In this document: positions 10,851 through 20,413 of the stretch, piece after piece
How positions within the stretch are numbered: position 1 is the stretch's first letter
Layout: the number at the start of each line of letters is the position of its first letter
Source of the DNA: an uncultured Verrucomicrobiae bacterium
GTDB lineage: Bacteria; Verrucomicrobiota; Verrucomicrobiia; Limisphaerales; Palsa-1400
DNA length: 64,000 bases
NCBI GenBank assembly: GCA_963707025.1
Contig: CAVPOM010000008.1
Span: forward strand, 32,001-96,000
Direction: 5' to 3'
Program-made: the position numbers and the translations under genes
Notes under the pieces: generated by a model
The model's database searches: none
The model's input: the letters and a program-made list of their open reading frames with translations, nothing else
Told to the model about the DNA's origin: nothing

Positions 10851-11558
10851 CTAAAGCATTTTCCCTCCGAGGAGAGATGTGGCGCATCCGAAAAAATGAC
10901 TCCTGACCGAGACTTTCAGGCCAAGATCACGAAAGACTGTGGCGACTCTTTCGCATGAGCCGAAGGCTTTGGTGTAAACGCCAAGCGTGCGGTAGCATTC
11001 TATATCGCCAAGGCAAATCTTCCCGATGAGAGGGATGATGGAAGCGACATACCAGCGATAGAGCCAACCCAAACACCAGTCTTCGGCGCACGAAATCTCC
11101 AGCAGGGAAAAATGCCCGTTTGGCTTGAGAATGCGCCGAATCTCGCTGCCAAAGCGCACCAGGCCATCGTCCCCCAGCGTCTTCAATCCAAACGCGCTGA
11201 CCACGAAATCCACCGATTCTGGCGGAATGGATGTGGCCACGGCATTCTCGCAACGCACGTCTATTGGCAAACCCTTCGACAAGCGGCGCAGCTTCTGACG
11301 TTCGGTCATCACTTGTGAGAAATCTATGGAGATTACGGGATTCGCCCCCCGGCGAAGAATGTGGGACCAACACTCGCCGGTTCCTGCCATCATGTCGCAA
11401 ACGAAAGCCCTCGGCGTGATTGGCAGGTTGGCCACGCATTGGCGGCGCCAGAACGCGGAAAAACCGAACGAAGAGACCAAATTCACGAGATCGTAGGTCC
11501 GTCCCATGCGATCAAAAAGCGCCTGCACATAAATGTCGTCATACCGAGGCTGAATCAT
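10851..11558 (-). CDS. UbiE-like class I SAM methyltransferase
   Basis: YD..N...SFG...WR, D..AGTG and AFGL motifs. Confidence 0.8.
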   Translation of the reverse strand: MIQPRYDDIYVQALFDRMGRTYDLVNLVSSFGFSAFWRRQCVANLPITPRAFVCDMMAGTGECWSHILRRGANPVISIDFSQVMTERQKLRRLSKGLPIDVRCENAVATSIPPESVDFVVSAFGLKTLGDDGLVRFGSEIRRILKPNGHFSLLEISCAEDWCLGWLYRWYVASIIPLIGKICLGDIECYRTLGVYTKAFGSCERVATVFRDLGLKVSVRSHFFGCATSLLGGKML

Positions 11559-11632
11559 GGCAGACCTTATCATATCTGGGCGGTTCGAGAATGCCCAAAA
11601 AAACGCGTTTGACAAACCGGCAGATTTGTGCG

Positions 11633-11652
11633 ATTTCTGTATTAACAGAAAT
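11633..11652. promoter_or_regulatory. palindromic operator ATTTCTGT-N4-ACAGAAAT
   Basis: perfect 8-bp inverted repeat downstream of TTGACA (11609-11614); second copy at 12206-12221. Confidence 0.65.
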
Positions 11653-11661
11653 GAAAGAATT

Positions 11662-12180
11662 ATGAAACTCAGCGCGGTACAGCAAAAATTCATTCTCCAT
11701 TGGGGCGAGATGGGGACCCGCTGGGGCATCAACCGCACCGTCGCGCAAATTCATGCGCTGCTTTATCTTTCGCCGCACCCGTTGAACGCGGAGGAAATTG
11801 CGGAGGTCCTGGATGTCGCCCGCTCCAACGTGAGCAACAGCCTCAAGGAGTTGCAGGCGTGGCGGATTGTCAAACTCGTCCATGTGTTGGGCGACAAGCG
11901 GGATCACTTTGAAAGCATGAGCGACGTCTGGGAAATGTTCCGGCTGGTGCTGGACGAGCGGAAGCGCCGCGAGGTTGATCCCACGCTGGCCATGCTCCAG
12001 GAGTGCCTGGCGGACGCGGAAAAAGGCGCCGACAAACATACCGAGAACCGCCTGCGCGAACTGCATCGTTTCTTTACGACGACGAGTGCCTGGTATTCGC
12101 AACTGGCCAAGTGGCCCACCTCGGCCTTGGCCAAAATGAGCAACTTGGGGGAAAAGGCATTAAAGGTCCTGAGCGGATAG
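11662..12180 (+). CDS. GbsR/MarR-family transcriptional regulator
   Basis: FILHWGEMG.RWGINRTVAQIHALL...RSNVS.SLKELQ.W. Confidence 0.88.
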   Translation: MKLSAVQQKFILHWGEMGTRWGINRTVAQIHALLYLSPHPLNAEEIAEVLDVARSNVSNSLKELQAWRIVKLVHVLGDKRDHFESMSDVWEMFRLVLDERKRREVDPTLAMLQECLADAEKGADKHTENRLRELHRFFTTTSAWYSQLAKWPTSALAKMSNLGEKALKVLSG

Positions 12181-12209
12181 AGCGGATATTTTTTAAACTA
12201 TGAAATTCT

Positions 12210-13136
12210 GTGACTACAGAAATTACAGAACGAAAGAGAATGGATAAGCCGGCTTTTGCGCCGGCGCCGCACGGCCGCGTGGCGCTGAAGTGGCTTCCCG
12301 CCGTTCTGCCGGTTGCGTTGTGCGCCGCAGTCGCCCGGCATCTCCCCGGCTGGATCTATATGTGGCTCCTCGCCGCCTCAATCTTCGCCGGCGCAAAATG
12401 GGTCACAATCGTGGATGCGCTGCCCCGGAGGGATGTGTCATTGAGACGCATGGCCGCTTACTTGTTCCTGTGGCCGGGACTGGATTTTCGCGGCTTTCAA
12501 AAGGACAGACGCCCGGAAGCGCCGACCGTGGCCGAATCGATCTGGGCGTGCGCAAAAACCCTTTTCGGTGCCGCTCTTGTCTGGGGAGTGCTTCGCTCCC
12601 TTCCATCCGCGCATCCGATTTTGATCGGTTGGATGGGAATGCTTGGAATCGTCTTTGTCCTGCATTTTGGACTTTTCCACATTTTGTCGAATGTTTGGCG
12701 GGCCGTCGGCTTCAACGCTCCACCGCTGATGACAAATCCAATTCGAGCGACTTCGCTTGCCGGATTTTGGGGTGGGCAATGGAACAAAGCGTTCCTCGAC
12801 CTGATGGCCCCTCATATCTTCGCGCCGCTCGCCAGGGCATTTGGAGCGACCAAGGCCGCATTCGCTGTTTTTCTATTCTCAGGATTGCTGCACGAAATGG
12901 TGATATCACTGCCGGCCCGGGGTGGTTTTGGGTTGCCGACTCTTTATTTCACAGTCCAGGGCGCCGGACTTCTAGGGGAGCGCAGCCGCTTGGGCCGAAA
13001 ACTTGGCTTGGGACGGGGATTTCGGGGTTGGCTGTTTACTGCGGTTGTCACCGGCGGTCCCGCCTACTGGCTTTTTCACCCGATCTTCGTCCGCCACGTC
13101 ATATTGCCGATGCTGCGGGCCATCGGCGCAATATAG
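12210..13136 (+). CDS. MBOAT/wax-synthase-like membrane acyltransferase
   Basis: P..ATSLA.FWG..WN and FLFSGLLHE motifs. Confidence 0.75.
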   Translation: MTTEITERKRMDKPAFAPAPHGRVALKWLPAVLPVALCAAVARHLPGWIYMWLLAASIFAGAKWVTIVDALPRRDVSLRRMAAYLFLWPGLDFRGFQKDRRPEAPTVAESIWACAKTLFGAALVWGVLRSLPSAHPILIGWMGMLGIVFVLHFGLFHILSNVWRAVGFNAPPLMTNPIRATSLAGFWGGQWNKAFLDLMAPHIFAPLARAFGATKAAFAVFLFSGLLHEMVISLPARGGFGLPTLYFTVQGAGLLGERSRLGRKLGLGRGFRGWLFTAVVTGGPAYWLFHPIFVRHVILPMLRAIGAI

Positions 13137-13146
13137 AAGAATAACC

Positions 13147-13572
13147 ATGAAAACGAACACCATGATCGTGCTTCTGCAAATTGCCGGAGTTCTGCATCTC
13201 GGATTGATCGCGGCGGGCCTTCTCATGCCCCGCGCGGTGAAGCTGCGATCCCATCTCGCGGCATTGCCGCCATTCATTCGGCGGCTGTATTGGGTTTACT
13301 ATTCGTTCATCGGTTTGTGCTTGGTGGGTTTTGGCTCGCTCAGCTTTGGCCTGGCGGGCGCTCTGGCGGCAGGCGGCCCGTTGCCCCGCGCCATCTGCGC
13401 CTTTCTGGCGGCCTTTTGGACTCTACGGCTAATAGCGGCAATCTTCATTTTTGATGTCCGCCCTTATTTGACATCCTCGTCACTGCGCCTCGGCTATCAC
13501 GCGACAAACATTGCCTTTGTTTATCTTCCCGTGGTTTACGCGCTCGCGGCTTGGCAGGGAGGCACGCCGTGA
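13147..13572 (+). CDS. hypothetical membrane protein
   Basis: four hydrophobic helices; lies within the operon. Confidence 0.7.
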   Translation: MKTNTMIVLLQIAGVLHLGLIAAGLLMPRAVKLRSHLAALPPFIRRLYWVYYSFIGLCLVGFGSLSFGLAGALAAGGPLPRAICAFLAAFWTLRLIAAIFIFDVRPYLTSSSLRLGYHATNIAFVYLPVVYALAAWQGGTP

Positions 13573-14558
13573 AAATCGCGATCACTGGCGGAACGGGTTT
13601 TGTCGGACGCAATGCCGCCCGGTCCTTGGCCGGGGAAGGGCATGAGGTCGTATTGATCGCGCGCGGAATGGACCGGACCGATCCCGGAATCCGCCAATTA
13701 GGCCGGTCGCAATTTGTGGGAATAGGATTGGACGACGTTGACAGTCTGGCGCGCGCATTTGCGGGAGCCAAGGTGGTTGTGCATTGCGCCGGGATCAATC
13801 GCGAAACCGGCGCTCAGACCTTTCAACGCGTTCATGTTGAGGGAACCCGCCATGTGGTCGAGGCGGCGCGACGGGCAGGCGTGGATAAAATCATCTTGAT
13901 AAGCTTTCTCCGCGCGCGGCCCGACTGCGGTTCGGGCTATCATGAATCCAAGTGGGCGGCTGAAGAGATCGTGCGCGGGAGTGGACTCGATTATACCGTG
14001 CTAAAATGCGGGGTGATTTACGGCAAGGGGGACCACATGCTCGACCATCTCAGTCACGGCTTTTACACTTTCCCCATTTTTGCGTTTGTGGGCTTTCGGG
14101 ACAAACCCATCCGGCCAAACGCGGTGGAGGACATCGTGCGCATCATCAAAACTGCGGCCTTGAACGGCGCTCTTTCCCGGCGGACCGTGGCGGTGCTCGG
14201 TCCGGAGGAGATGACGTTGCGGCAGGCCGTCCGCCGCGTCGCCCGGGTTGTGGGCAAGCATCCGCTCATGTTCCCGATGCCCGTCTGGTTTCATTATATC
14301 CTTGGCTGGTTTGTGGAAAGGCTGATGGCCGTGCCCCTGGTTTCCACCGCGCAGGTGCGGATGCTTTCCGAAGGCCTGGCCGAGCCAGCCCCAGCTTGTG
14401 ACCTGGTCCCGGCCGATCTCGCTCCCCGAATCCCCTTCAACGACGAGCAAATTCGCAAGGGATTGCCGCCGCCAGGGCCTTTCGGCTGGCGAGACCTGCG
14501 CTGCTGCCATCGTTCGACCGCTGCGCACACAACGATTGTTTTTCTCGAAATGCCCTGA
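13569..14558 (+). CDS. NAD-dependent epimerase/dehydratase (NDUFA9-like)
   Basis: TGGTGFVG and YHESKW motifs. Confidence 0.85.
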   Translation: MKIAITGGTGFVGRNAARSLAGEGHEVVLIARGMDRTDPGIRQLGRSQFVGIGLDDVDSLARAFAGAKVVVHCAGINRETGAQTFQRVHVEGTRHVVEAARRAGVDKIILISFLRARPDCGSGYHESKWAAEEIVRGSGLDYTVLKCGVIYGKGDHMLDHLSHGFYTFPIFAFVGFRDKPIRPNAVEDIVRIIKTAALNGALSRRTVAVLGPEEMTLRQAVRRVARVVGKHPLMFPMPVWFHYILGWFVERLMAVPLVSTAQVRMLSEGLAEPAPACDLVPADLAPRIPFNDEQIRKGLPPPGPFGWRDLRCCHRSTAAHTTIVFLEMP

Positions 14559-14562
14559 ACGC

Positions 14563-15378
14563 ATGACCAAGCCGTCTCAATTGCAAACTGTGGAATGGCG
14601 CGACCTCGTGACGCTAACGCCAGCGGAAAAGGCTTGGGAACTGACGTTGAGCCTTCCGTGGCTTCTGGTCTCACTCTGGTGCTATGGTCAAGGCTGGTGG
14701 CGGACCGGCCTGGCCTGTTCGTTTTATTTTTTTCTAACCGGTTTGCGACAGTCCCACAATGCGCAGCATTACGCGCTTGGCCTGCCGCGAGCCGTTCAAG
14801 ACAGCGTGCTTTTCGTCCTGAGCGTGTTGATGCTCGCCTCGATGCATGGGGTCCAAGTGACCCATCTTCATCACCATCGCCATTGTCTGGAGGACGACGA
14901 TGGGGAGGGCGCGACCGCGCGGTTGTGCTGGTGGCGGGCGTTGCTGATCGGACCGCTTTTTTTCACAAGATTGCACGTATCGGCATGGCGGCTGGCAACC
15001 GCATCGAAACAGCGGTGGATCGCACTGGAATTGTGCGCAGTCGCCTCAGTTGTGGCATTTGCCGCTTTTCCCTCAGTGCCGTTGGCGCTACGGTGGCACA
15101 CGGCGACCATGTTGACCGGAGAGTGCCTGACGGGATTCTTTGCCGTTTGGACCGTGCATCACGGGTGCAACTCTCACGAGCCGGGGCGCACGCAACGTGG
15201 ACGCTGGTTAAACATGGTCTCGTATTCGATGTTCCTCCATGCGGAGCACCATCTCTTTCCTGCGGTGCCGACAACGCACCTGAAGGAACTCGCCCGCAGA
15301 ATAGACGCGGCGATGCCTGGACGGAATCAACAAGAAGTGCTCCGCTTTGGCGGTGGCGCGCAAAACACAATGATATGA
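14563..15378 (+). CDS. fatty acid desaturase family protein
   Basis: His boxes HNAQH, HLHHHRH, HAEHHLFP. Confidence 0.85.
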   Translation: MTKPSQLQTVEWRDLVTLTPAEKAWELTLSLPWLLVSLWCYGQGWWRTGLACSFYFFLTGLRQSHNAQHYALGLPRAVQDSVLFVLSVLMLASMHGVQVTHLHHHRHCLEDDDGEGATARLCWWRALLIGPLFFTRLHVSAWRLATASKQRWIALELCAVASVVAFAAFPSVPLALRWHTATMLTGECLTGFFAVWTVHHGCNSHEPGRTQRGRWLNMVSYSMFLHAEHHLFPAVPTTHLKELARRIDAAMPGRNQQEVLRFGGGAQNTMI

Positions 15379-16317
15379 AGCATCGTCTTATTCTGGCCGG
15401 CGGTTCGGGTTTTCTTGGACAGGCGCTTGCCGCTCATTTCCACAGCGCCAATTGGGAGGTCGTCGTTTTGACTCGTTCTCCCAAGACCAGGAGCGATGGC
15501 GTTGTAGAAGTTCAATGGGACGCTGGCACCCTGGGCCGATGGGCAGAACAACTCGAAGGCGCGGACGCGGTGGTGAACTTGACGGGTAGATCGGTGAATT
15601 GCCGATACAACGCCCGCAATCGAAAGGAAATCCTGGAATCGCGCGTTCGGTTCAACGCGTGTCCTCGGTGAAGCGATTGGCCGGTGCGCCACCCCGCCTC
15701 CTGTTTGGCTGAATGCCAGCACGGCGACCGTTTATAAGCACACATTTGGTGAGCCTTGGGACGAAACGGGTGCGATGGAGCCCGCAGCGGAAGCAAAAGA
15801 CGCATTTTCCGTCGAAGTCGCAAAAGCCTGGGAAGCCGCTTTGGAGGAAGCGCCGACGCCCAGGACGCGCAAAGTTGCCATGCGCATGGCGCTGGTTCTG
15901 GGCACGGGCAGGAACAGCGTTTTCCCGGTGCTGCGGCGTTTGGTACGGCTTGGACTTGGAGGAAAGATGGGAAGCGGCAAGCAATATGTCTCCTGGATCC
16001 ACGTTGCGGATTACTGCCGGGCTGTCGAGTGGATAATCGCCCACCACGAGCTTTCCGGACCCGTTAACGTGACGGCGCCAAATCCTGTTCCCAATCGAGA
16101 AATGATGCGACTTCTGAGGAAGGCTTGCGGCGTGCATTTGGGTTTGCCTGCTACCAACTGGATGCTGGAAATCGGAGCGTTCTTTCTCAGGACCGAAACT
16201 GAACTGATTATCAAGAGCCGCCGTGTCATTCCAGGTCGCTTGTTGAAATCGGGGTTTTGCTTTGAATTTCCGATTCTCGACGCAACTTTTGAAAATCTCG
16301 TGGACCAGCCAAATTGA
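15375..16317 (+). CDS. TIGR01777-family oxidoreductase (frameshift near 15650)
   Basis: AGGSGFLG, VNLTGRSVNCRY, G.G.QYVSWIH motifs split over two frames. Confidence 0.8.
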
Positions 16318-16369
16318 ATGGCCGCCTTTGGTCCTGCCGGCGAGGCAAACCGAGCGGATGCGCTGGCGC

Positions 16370-17917
16370 TTAATGTCTTCCTTCGGCGCGGACGCCTTGT
16401 TGCGAGTTGTCTTTATCGCCATCGGACTCTTTTTCTTCGGTGGCGCATTTCTTTCGCCTTGGGATAAGCAGGGCGGCGAGCAACAGGGCGAGGCCAAACA
16501 AATTGCGTCCTAAACAGGTCGCGGCAATGGCACCAATGATCAATCCGGCCCAAACCAGACATTGGAACATCGGCGTGGACACAATTGGCTCTGGCTCTCG
16601 CAACGATGCCCTGAAGACTTTGATGGCTGCGACCATTCGCCAGATCCCGAACAGCAGCGCCCCCATGAGGACGACATACACAAACGGTGGGATACTGCCC
16701 CCTGTTCTAACTGGAAAGCCTTTTTGAGGTTGAACGCTTAAGAACCAAAGGATCGCTGCTTCTCCAAGCATTGGCGCATCACTTAAATTGGAGAGAATGC
16801 GCGGCATCGCCAGCGTCCCGTCCGGCAATTCCCAGACTGTGGCCAACATCTCGGTTGATAAGGGGTAGGCCAGGTCGAAGCGGCCGTTCTTCCGAGCCGC
16901 GCCAACCCCGAAGGAGTCGGCCGCCACGCCGAAGCCGGCGATAACGGGGCCTGCGTCCACGTCGATGGTCCAATCGGTATTCGGAACATCGCTCGAAAAC
17001 TCGCGGAAGCCGGCGAAACCGAGCCGCTGCTGCCAAAAGTATTTCTCGTAAAGTTGAAACCACGTTTTGGCGGGACCAGGCCACAGTTCCGGTGCCGTCA
17101 AACAAAAGTAGGAATTCCCGCAACCACGGGACTCTGAGAGCGGCGCTCCGGTCTCCGCCTCCGCGCTATAAGGCGGCAATTTGAGGCGCGTGCTTCTCGG
17201 TCCAATGAAGGCCCGCAGCGACCGGTTGATGAACTCGGAATGATCCGTGCCGAGAACAGCATCGGCGCGACGGATGCACATGATGGCGGCCATCACGTCG
17301 CCCGGATAACATTCGCCCGGATAGTCATTCAGCAATCCGCTTTTGGAATCGTTCAGTTCCTTGGAAAAAGTTTCAACCTGGTCGCGTAACAGATCGAGAT
17401 GAGCGCCATCGTGGAGAAGATTTTCGCGGCTCGTCAGCGCCGCAATGACCAGCATGCGGTAAAAGACGTTTTCGCGGTGCAGGTAGTTCGTCCCCCAATG
17501 CTTTTCGACCCAACTCGCGTGCTTGGGATCAATCACGAGGTCTGAAGCCGCCATGATTGCGTCTTTGCAGAAGATCTTCGGCTCCACGGCAGAGGTGTGG
17601 TCTCCCGCTTCCCAGGCGGTTTGCAGATTTTCAATTGCCCACAGGTAAAAGACAGAACCGAAGAGCGGCCATTCGGTGCCTGAGATGTCGTGCGTTGAAA
17701 GTCCTTCGGCTCGTCCGCCCGCCACCCGCTCTTGCGCCCACGCAGCATTGCGCGGCGTCAAGTTGCGCTCTAACCGCCACGCGAATTTGGGAATTCCTGG
17801 TCCTTTCAACGCCGGATCTTGGATGCTCAGAATAGCGCGCGAGGCTGGATACACCAAAAGCGCCGCCGCCAGCGAAGCGGCGATGATCGAATTGGCCAGG
17901 ATGATTTTCCGGATCAT
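16370..17917 (-). CDS. linalool dehydratase/isomerase-like membrane-anchored protein
   Basis: TEW.LF, DYPGECYPGD and DVDAGPV motifs. Confidence 0.55.
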   Translation of the reverse strand: MIRKIILANSIIAASLAAALLVYPASRAILSIQDPALKGPGIPKFAWRLERNLTPRNAAWAQERVAGGRAEGLSTHDISGTEWPLFGSVFYLWAIENLQTAWEAGDHTSAVEPKIFCKDAIMAASDLVIDPKHASWVEKHWGTNYLHRENVFYRMLVIAALTSRENLLHDGAHLDLLRDQVETFSKELNDSKSGLLNDYPGECYPGDVMAAIMCIRRADAVLGTDHSEFINRSLRAFIGPRSTRLKLPPYSAEAETGAPLSESRGCGNSYFCLTAPELWPGPAKTWFQLYEKYFWQQRLGFAGFREFSSDVPNTDWTIDVDAGPVIAGFGVAADSFGVGAARKNGRFDLAYPLSTEMLATVWELPDGTLAMPRILSNLSDAPMLGEAAILWFLSVQPQKGFPVRTGGSIPPFVYVVLMGALLFGIWRMVAAIKVFRASLREPEPIVSTPMFQCLVWAGLIIGAIAATCLGRNLFGLALLLAALLIPRRKKCATEEKESDGDKDNSQQGVRAEGRH

Positions 17918-18462
17918 GGTGGCGGGCGGTTTGATCCGCCGTATCGTTGATCGTATCCGGATCGCTCCAATTCGCGCGCCCAGCGCAGGCATAACCACAA
18001 TGGCACTGCCCCGAAAACGCCAAAGGAACAGTCAATCAGACGCCATCCCAACGGTATCTGGCGGATAGGGCCGCAAATCAGCGCCAAAGGAACCACGAGA
18101 GCGCAGGCAACAAGACCAGCCTGAAGAACCCAAACATTGCGCACCGGCTTCACAAAGGCGCCGATGAAGAACACAGCCATGACGATGTGCGCGAACGCCA
18201 GCCAATCCGTGCCGTAGGCGATCCAGGGATGCTTCGCATACATTTCCTCAAGACCATCGCGAACGGTGAGAAGCCATGTATCCAATCCATTATGGACATC
18301 CGCCGGGTGCAACTGCGCGATCCCGCGCGCGGAGCACACCATCGCCAGTTCCCGATCCAGTGGAAAGGCAGTGAGACCGCTCAACACAAGGGCAATCATG
18401 AAAAACCCAAGCACGATGCGGAATTTGCGCACGAGAGCGGCGTTCGAAAACTCAGGCGGCAT
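17914..18462 (-). CDS. conserved membrane protein
   Basis: YGTDWLAFAH and W.LIDCSFGV motifs; coupled stop/start. Confidence 0.7.
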   Translation of the reverse strand: MPPEFSNAALVRKFRIVLGFFMIALVLSGLTAFPLDRELAMVCSARGIAQLHPADVHNGLDTWLLTVRDGLEEMYAKHPWIAYGTDWLAFAHIVMAVFFIGAFVKPVRNVWVLQAGLVACALVVPLALICGPIRQIPLGWRLIDCSFGVFGAVPLWLCLRWARELERSGYDQRYGGSNRPPP

Positions 18463-18871
18463 CAGACCTCCCTTGCGGTTTTGTATACCGTGAGAAATAC
18501 AATATCCCCACGCCGCCAACAAAGCAGGCCGCTGTATCGCCATAAAACGGGAACGGCGGCAGCGAGAGGCGAATGCCGTGGAAAAGCAGGACGCATCCTT
18601 CCACCAGCATCAATGCTCCGAACCAGGGGATGGCAGCCGCGAACTTCTGCGGCCAAATCATGAGCACCAAATACCATGCCCCGATCAAGGCGTACGCGCC
18701 CGAAGCCATCCTCAGCCAATAATCGAGCATGGGATCGTAAGCAATTGGCCGTGCGCCCAATCCACCCAAGGCCTCCTCGGCGGCGGACCAGGAGAGAAAC
18801 ACTCCCACAATCGAAATTCCCCAGGCAAATGCCGCAAATCCCAGGAACAGTCTCAAGAGTCGAAGATGCAT
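18452..18871 (-). CDS. hypothetical membrane protein
   Basis: hydrophobic ORF within the operon. Confidence 0.65.
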   Translation of the reverse strand: MHLRLLRLFLGFAAFAWGISIVGVFLSWSAAEEALGGLGARPIAYDPMLDYWLRMASGAYALIGAWYLVLMIWPQKFAAAIPWFGALMLVEGCVLLFHGIRLSLPPFPFYGDTAACFVGGVGILYFSRYTKPQGRSDAA

Positions 18872-18872
18872 A

Positions 18873-19223
18873 TTACTGGTTGGGTTCGATTGGGTGCTGT
18901 TGCCTGGCGCGAGCCGGAACTTCGCACTCCGGCTTCCAACGATTCCATGCCGCGAGCAGGCCCGCTGTGATCAGCAAGATCGGAACCAGTAGAATGAAAG
19001 CAAAGTAGAGCAGCAAATGGATCAGGCCAAGAGTTGAGGCAGTGTGCCAGCTCATATTGACGTTGGGAGATGTCCCGCTGAGAAACGTGGTGTATTCTTG
19101 AAGCCCCGCGGCACACGAAGCCGCATAAAGCGCAGCCAGAATGGCAGCGCGCACCAAAAACGCGGCCGGAGAAAAGGCTTCGGCCTTCCACAAGCGTCGC
19201 AATAGTCCGAAGGTCGTTTTCAT
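18873..19223 (-). CDS. hypothetical membrane protein
   Basis: start overlaps upstream stop. Confidence 0.6.
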   Translation of the reverse strand: MKTTFGLLRRLWKAEAFSPAAFLVRAAILAALYAASCAAGLQEYTTFLSGTSPNVNMSWHTASTLGLIHLLLYFAFILLVPILLITAGLLAAWNRWKPECEVPARARQQHPIEPNQ

Positions 19224-20410
19224 GGTTTGCGAATGCCGTCCCAAAGTGGTCCGAGAACCGACGCGTAAAGGAGCGCGGCGTCGCCAACCTGGTTGCTGGC
19301 GCAGTATTTCAAGCGGCCGTTTTGGCATGAAGGGAATGCCGCCATGTCGAGGGTCGCGACCAAAGACTGGAGAAAATTCCAATCGTGGAAGCTGGATGCC
19401 GCGATGAAGGCCATCCCGCTGGATCCCGCGCTCACTCCCAGCCCCGGGACTACCATTCCAGAATCAACATCCATTGGTCCCTGCCACGACGCAGGCCATT
19501 CCAGACCGTAACCAAAACCGAGAGTGATCCGCCCCAGTTCCTTTCGAGACCGCTCATACTGGTCGCGCGCAAACGGTTCGTCCACCGCTTGCAGACAATG
19601 GGCCACCATCCAAATGGTCGAGCCCTCCGGGCCATATATCGGCTCCCCATTTATCTGATAACTCGACAGGAGCAGCCCGGTCTTCTTATCCACCAAGTGT
19701 TCCTTGGCCACGGCCACCCATTGTCGGCAGAGAGCGGTGTGATCCGTGCCGTCGAGGCGATCTGCGACTTTGAACGCAACCAGGGCAACGGCGTCATCGT
19801 AGGTCCAGCACTCATCGGGATAGCTCTCCATCGCCATCAGCGGATTTGAGCGCATCCGTTGCTCGATGACGTTAAGCCGCTCCGTCATCGGTTGTTTGTA
19901 CCCGGGTTCCTCCTGAAGTATTCGCCGGGCTCCCATCATCAGCGCAATCTCTCCGTCCAGGAACAAACTCCGCGCAGGACTGACTTGGTAGGGGCGCGCT
20001 TTGGCGTAGGGCATGAGGAATGCGTAGATCCCGTCCTGTTTTTCGATTTTGACGGTTTCCTGGATGATCTGGTCAATGACGGGAAGATATTCGCCCTTCA
20101 TCCCCGGTTCACGCAGTCCCATGTTTACCAGTGACCAAACGAGAAAGGTGCGGCCCATGAAATCCCATTCCGCGTTGCTGGCGCGCATTTTCTGAAGCTC
20201 GATCTGCCGGAGTGTAGGCTCTGTCCAGAGTTGCAGGTGCCGGGCAGCCAATTGGCGCGCTTTCGGGGAGACGCCCTTTTCCTGATAAAACTCGGTCAAG
20301 GGTGCGCGAAAGAACAGGTGCAAGCAGGGGAGCCATATAACCGTTGCCAACGTGAACGCGGCAAGGGCGAGACTTGCTTTCTTCACCCACTCCTTCAAGT
20401 TGGATTTCAT
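19220..20410 (-). CDS. linalool dehydratase/isomerase-like protein
   Basis: NAEWDFM, ESYPDECW and DVDSG motifs; paralogous to 16370-17917. Confidence 0.55.
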   Translation of the reverse strand: MKSNLKEWVKKASLALAAFTLATVIWLPCLHLFFRAPLTEFYQEKGVSPKARQLAARHLQLWTEPTLRQIELQKMRASNAEWDFMGRTFLVWSLVNMGLREPGMKGEYLPVIDQIIQETVKIEKQDGIYAFLMPYAKARPYQVSPARSLFLDGEIALMMGARRILQEEPGYKQPMTERLNVIEQRMRSNPLMAMESYPDECWTYDDAVALVAFKVADRLDGTDHTALCRQWVAVAKEHLVDKKTGLLLSSYQINGEPIYGPEGSTIWMVAHCLQAVDEPFARDQYERSRKELGRITLGFGYGLEWPASWQGPMDVDSGMVVPGLGVSAGSSGMAFIAASSFHDWNFLQSLVATLDMAAFPSCQNGRLKYCASNQVGDAALLYASVLGPLWDGIRKP

Positions 20411-20413
20411 AAA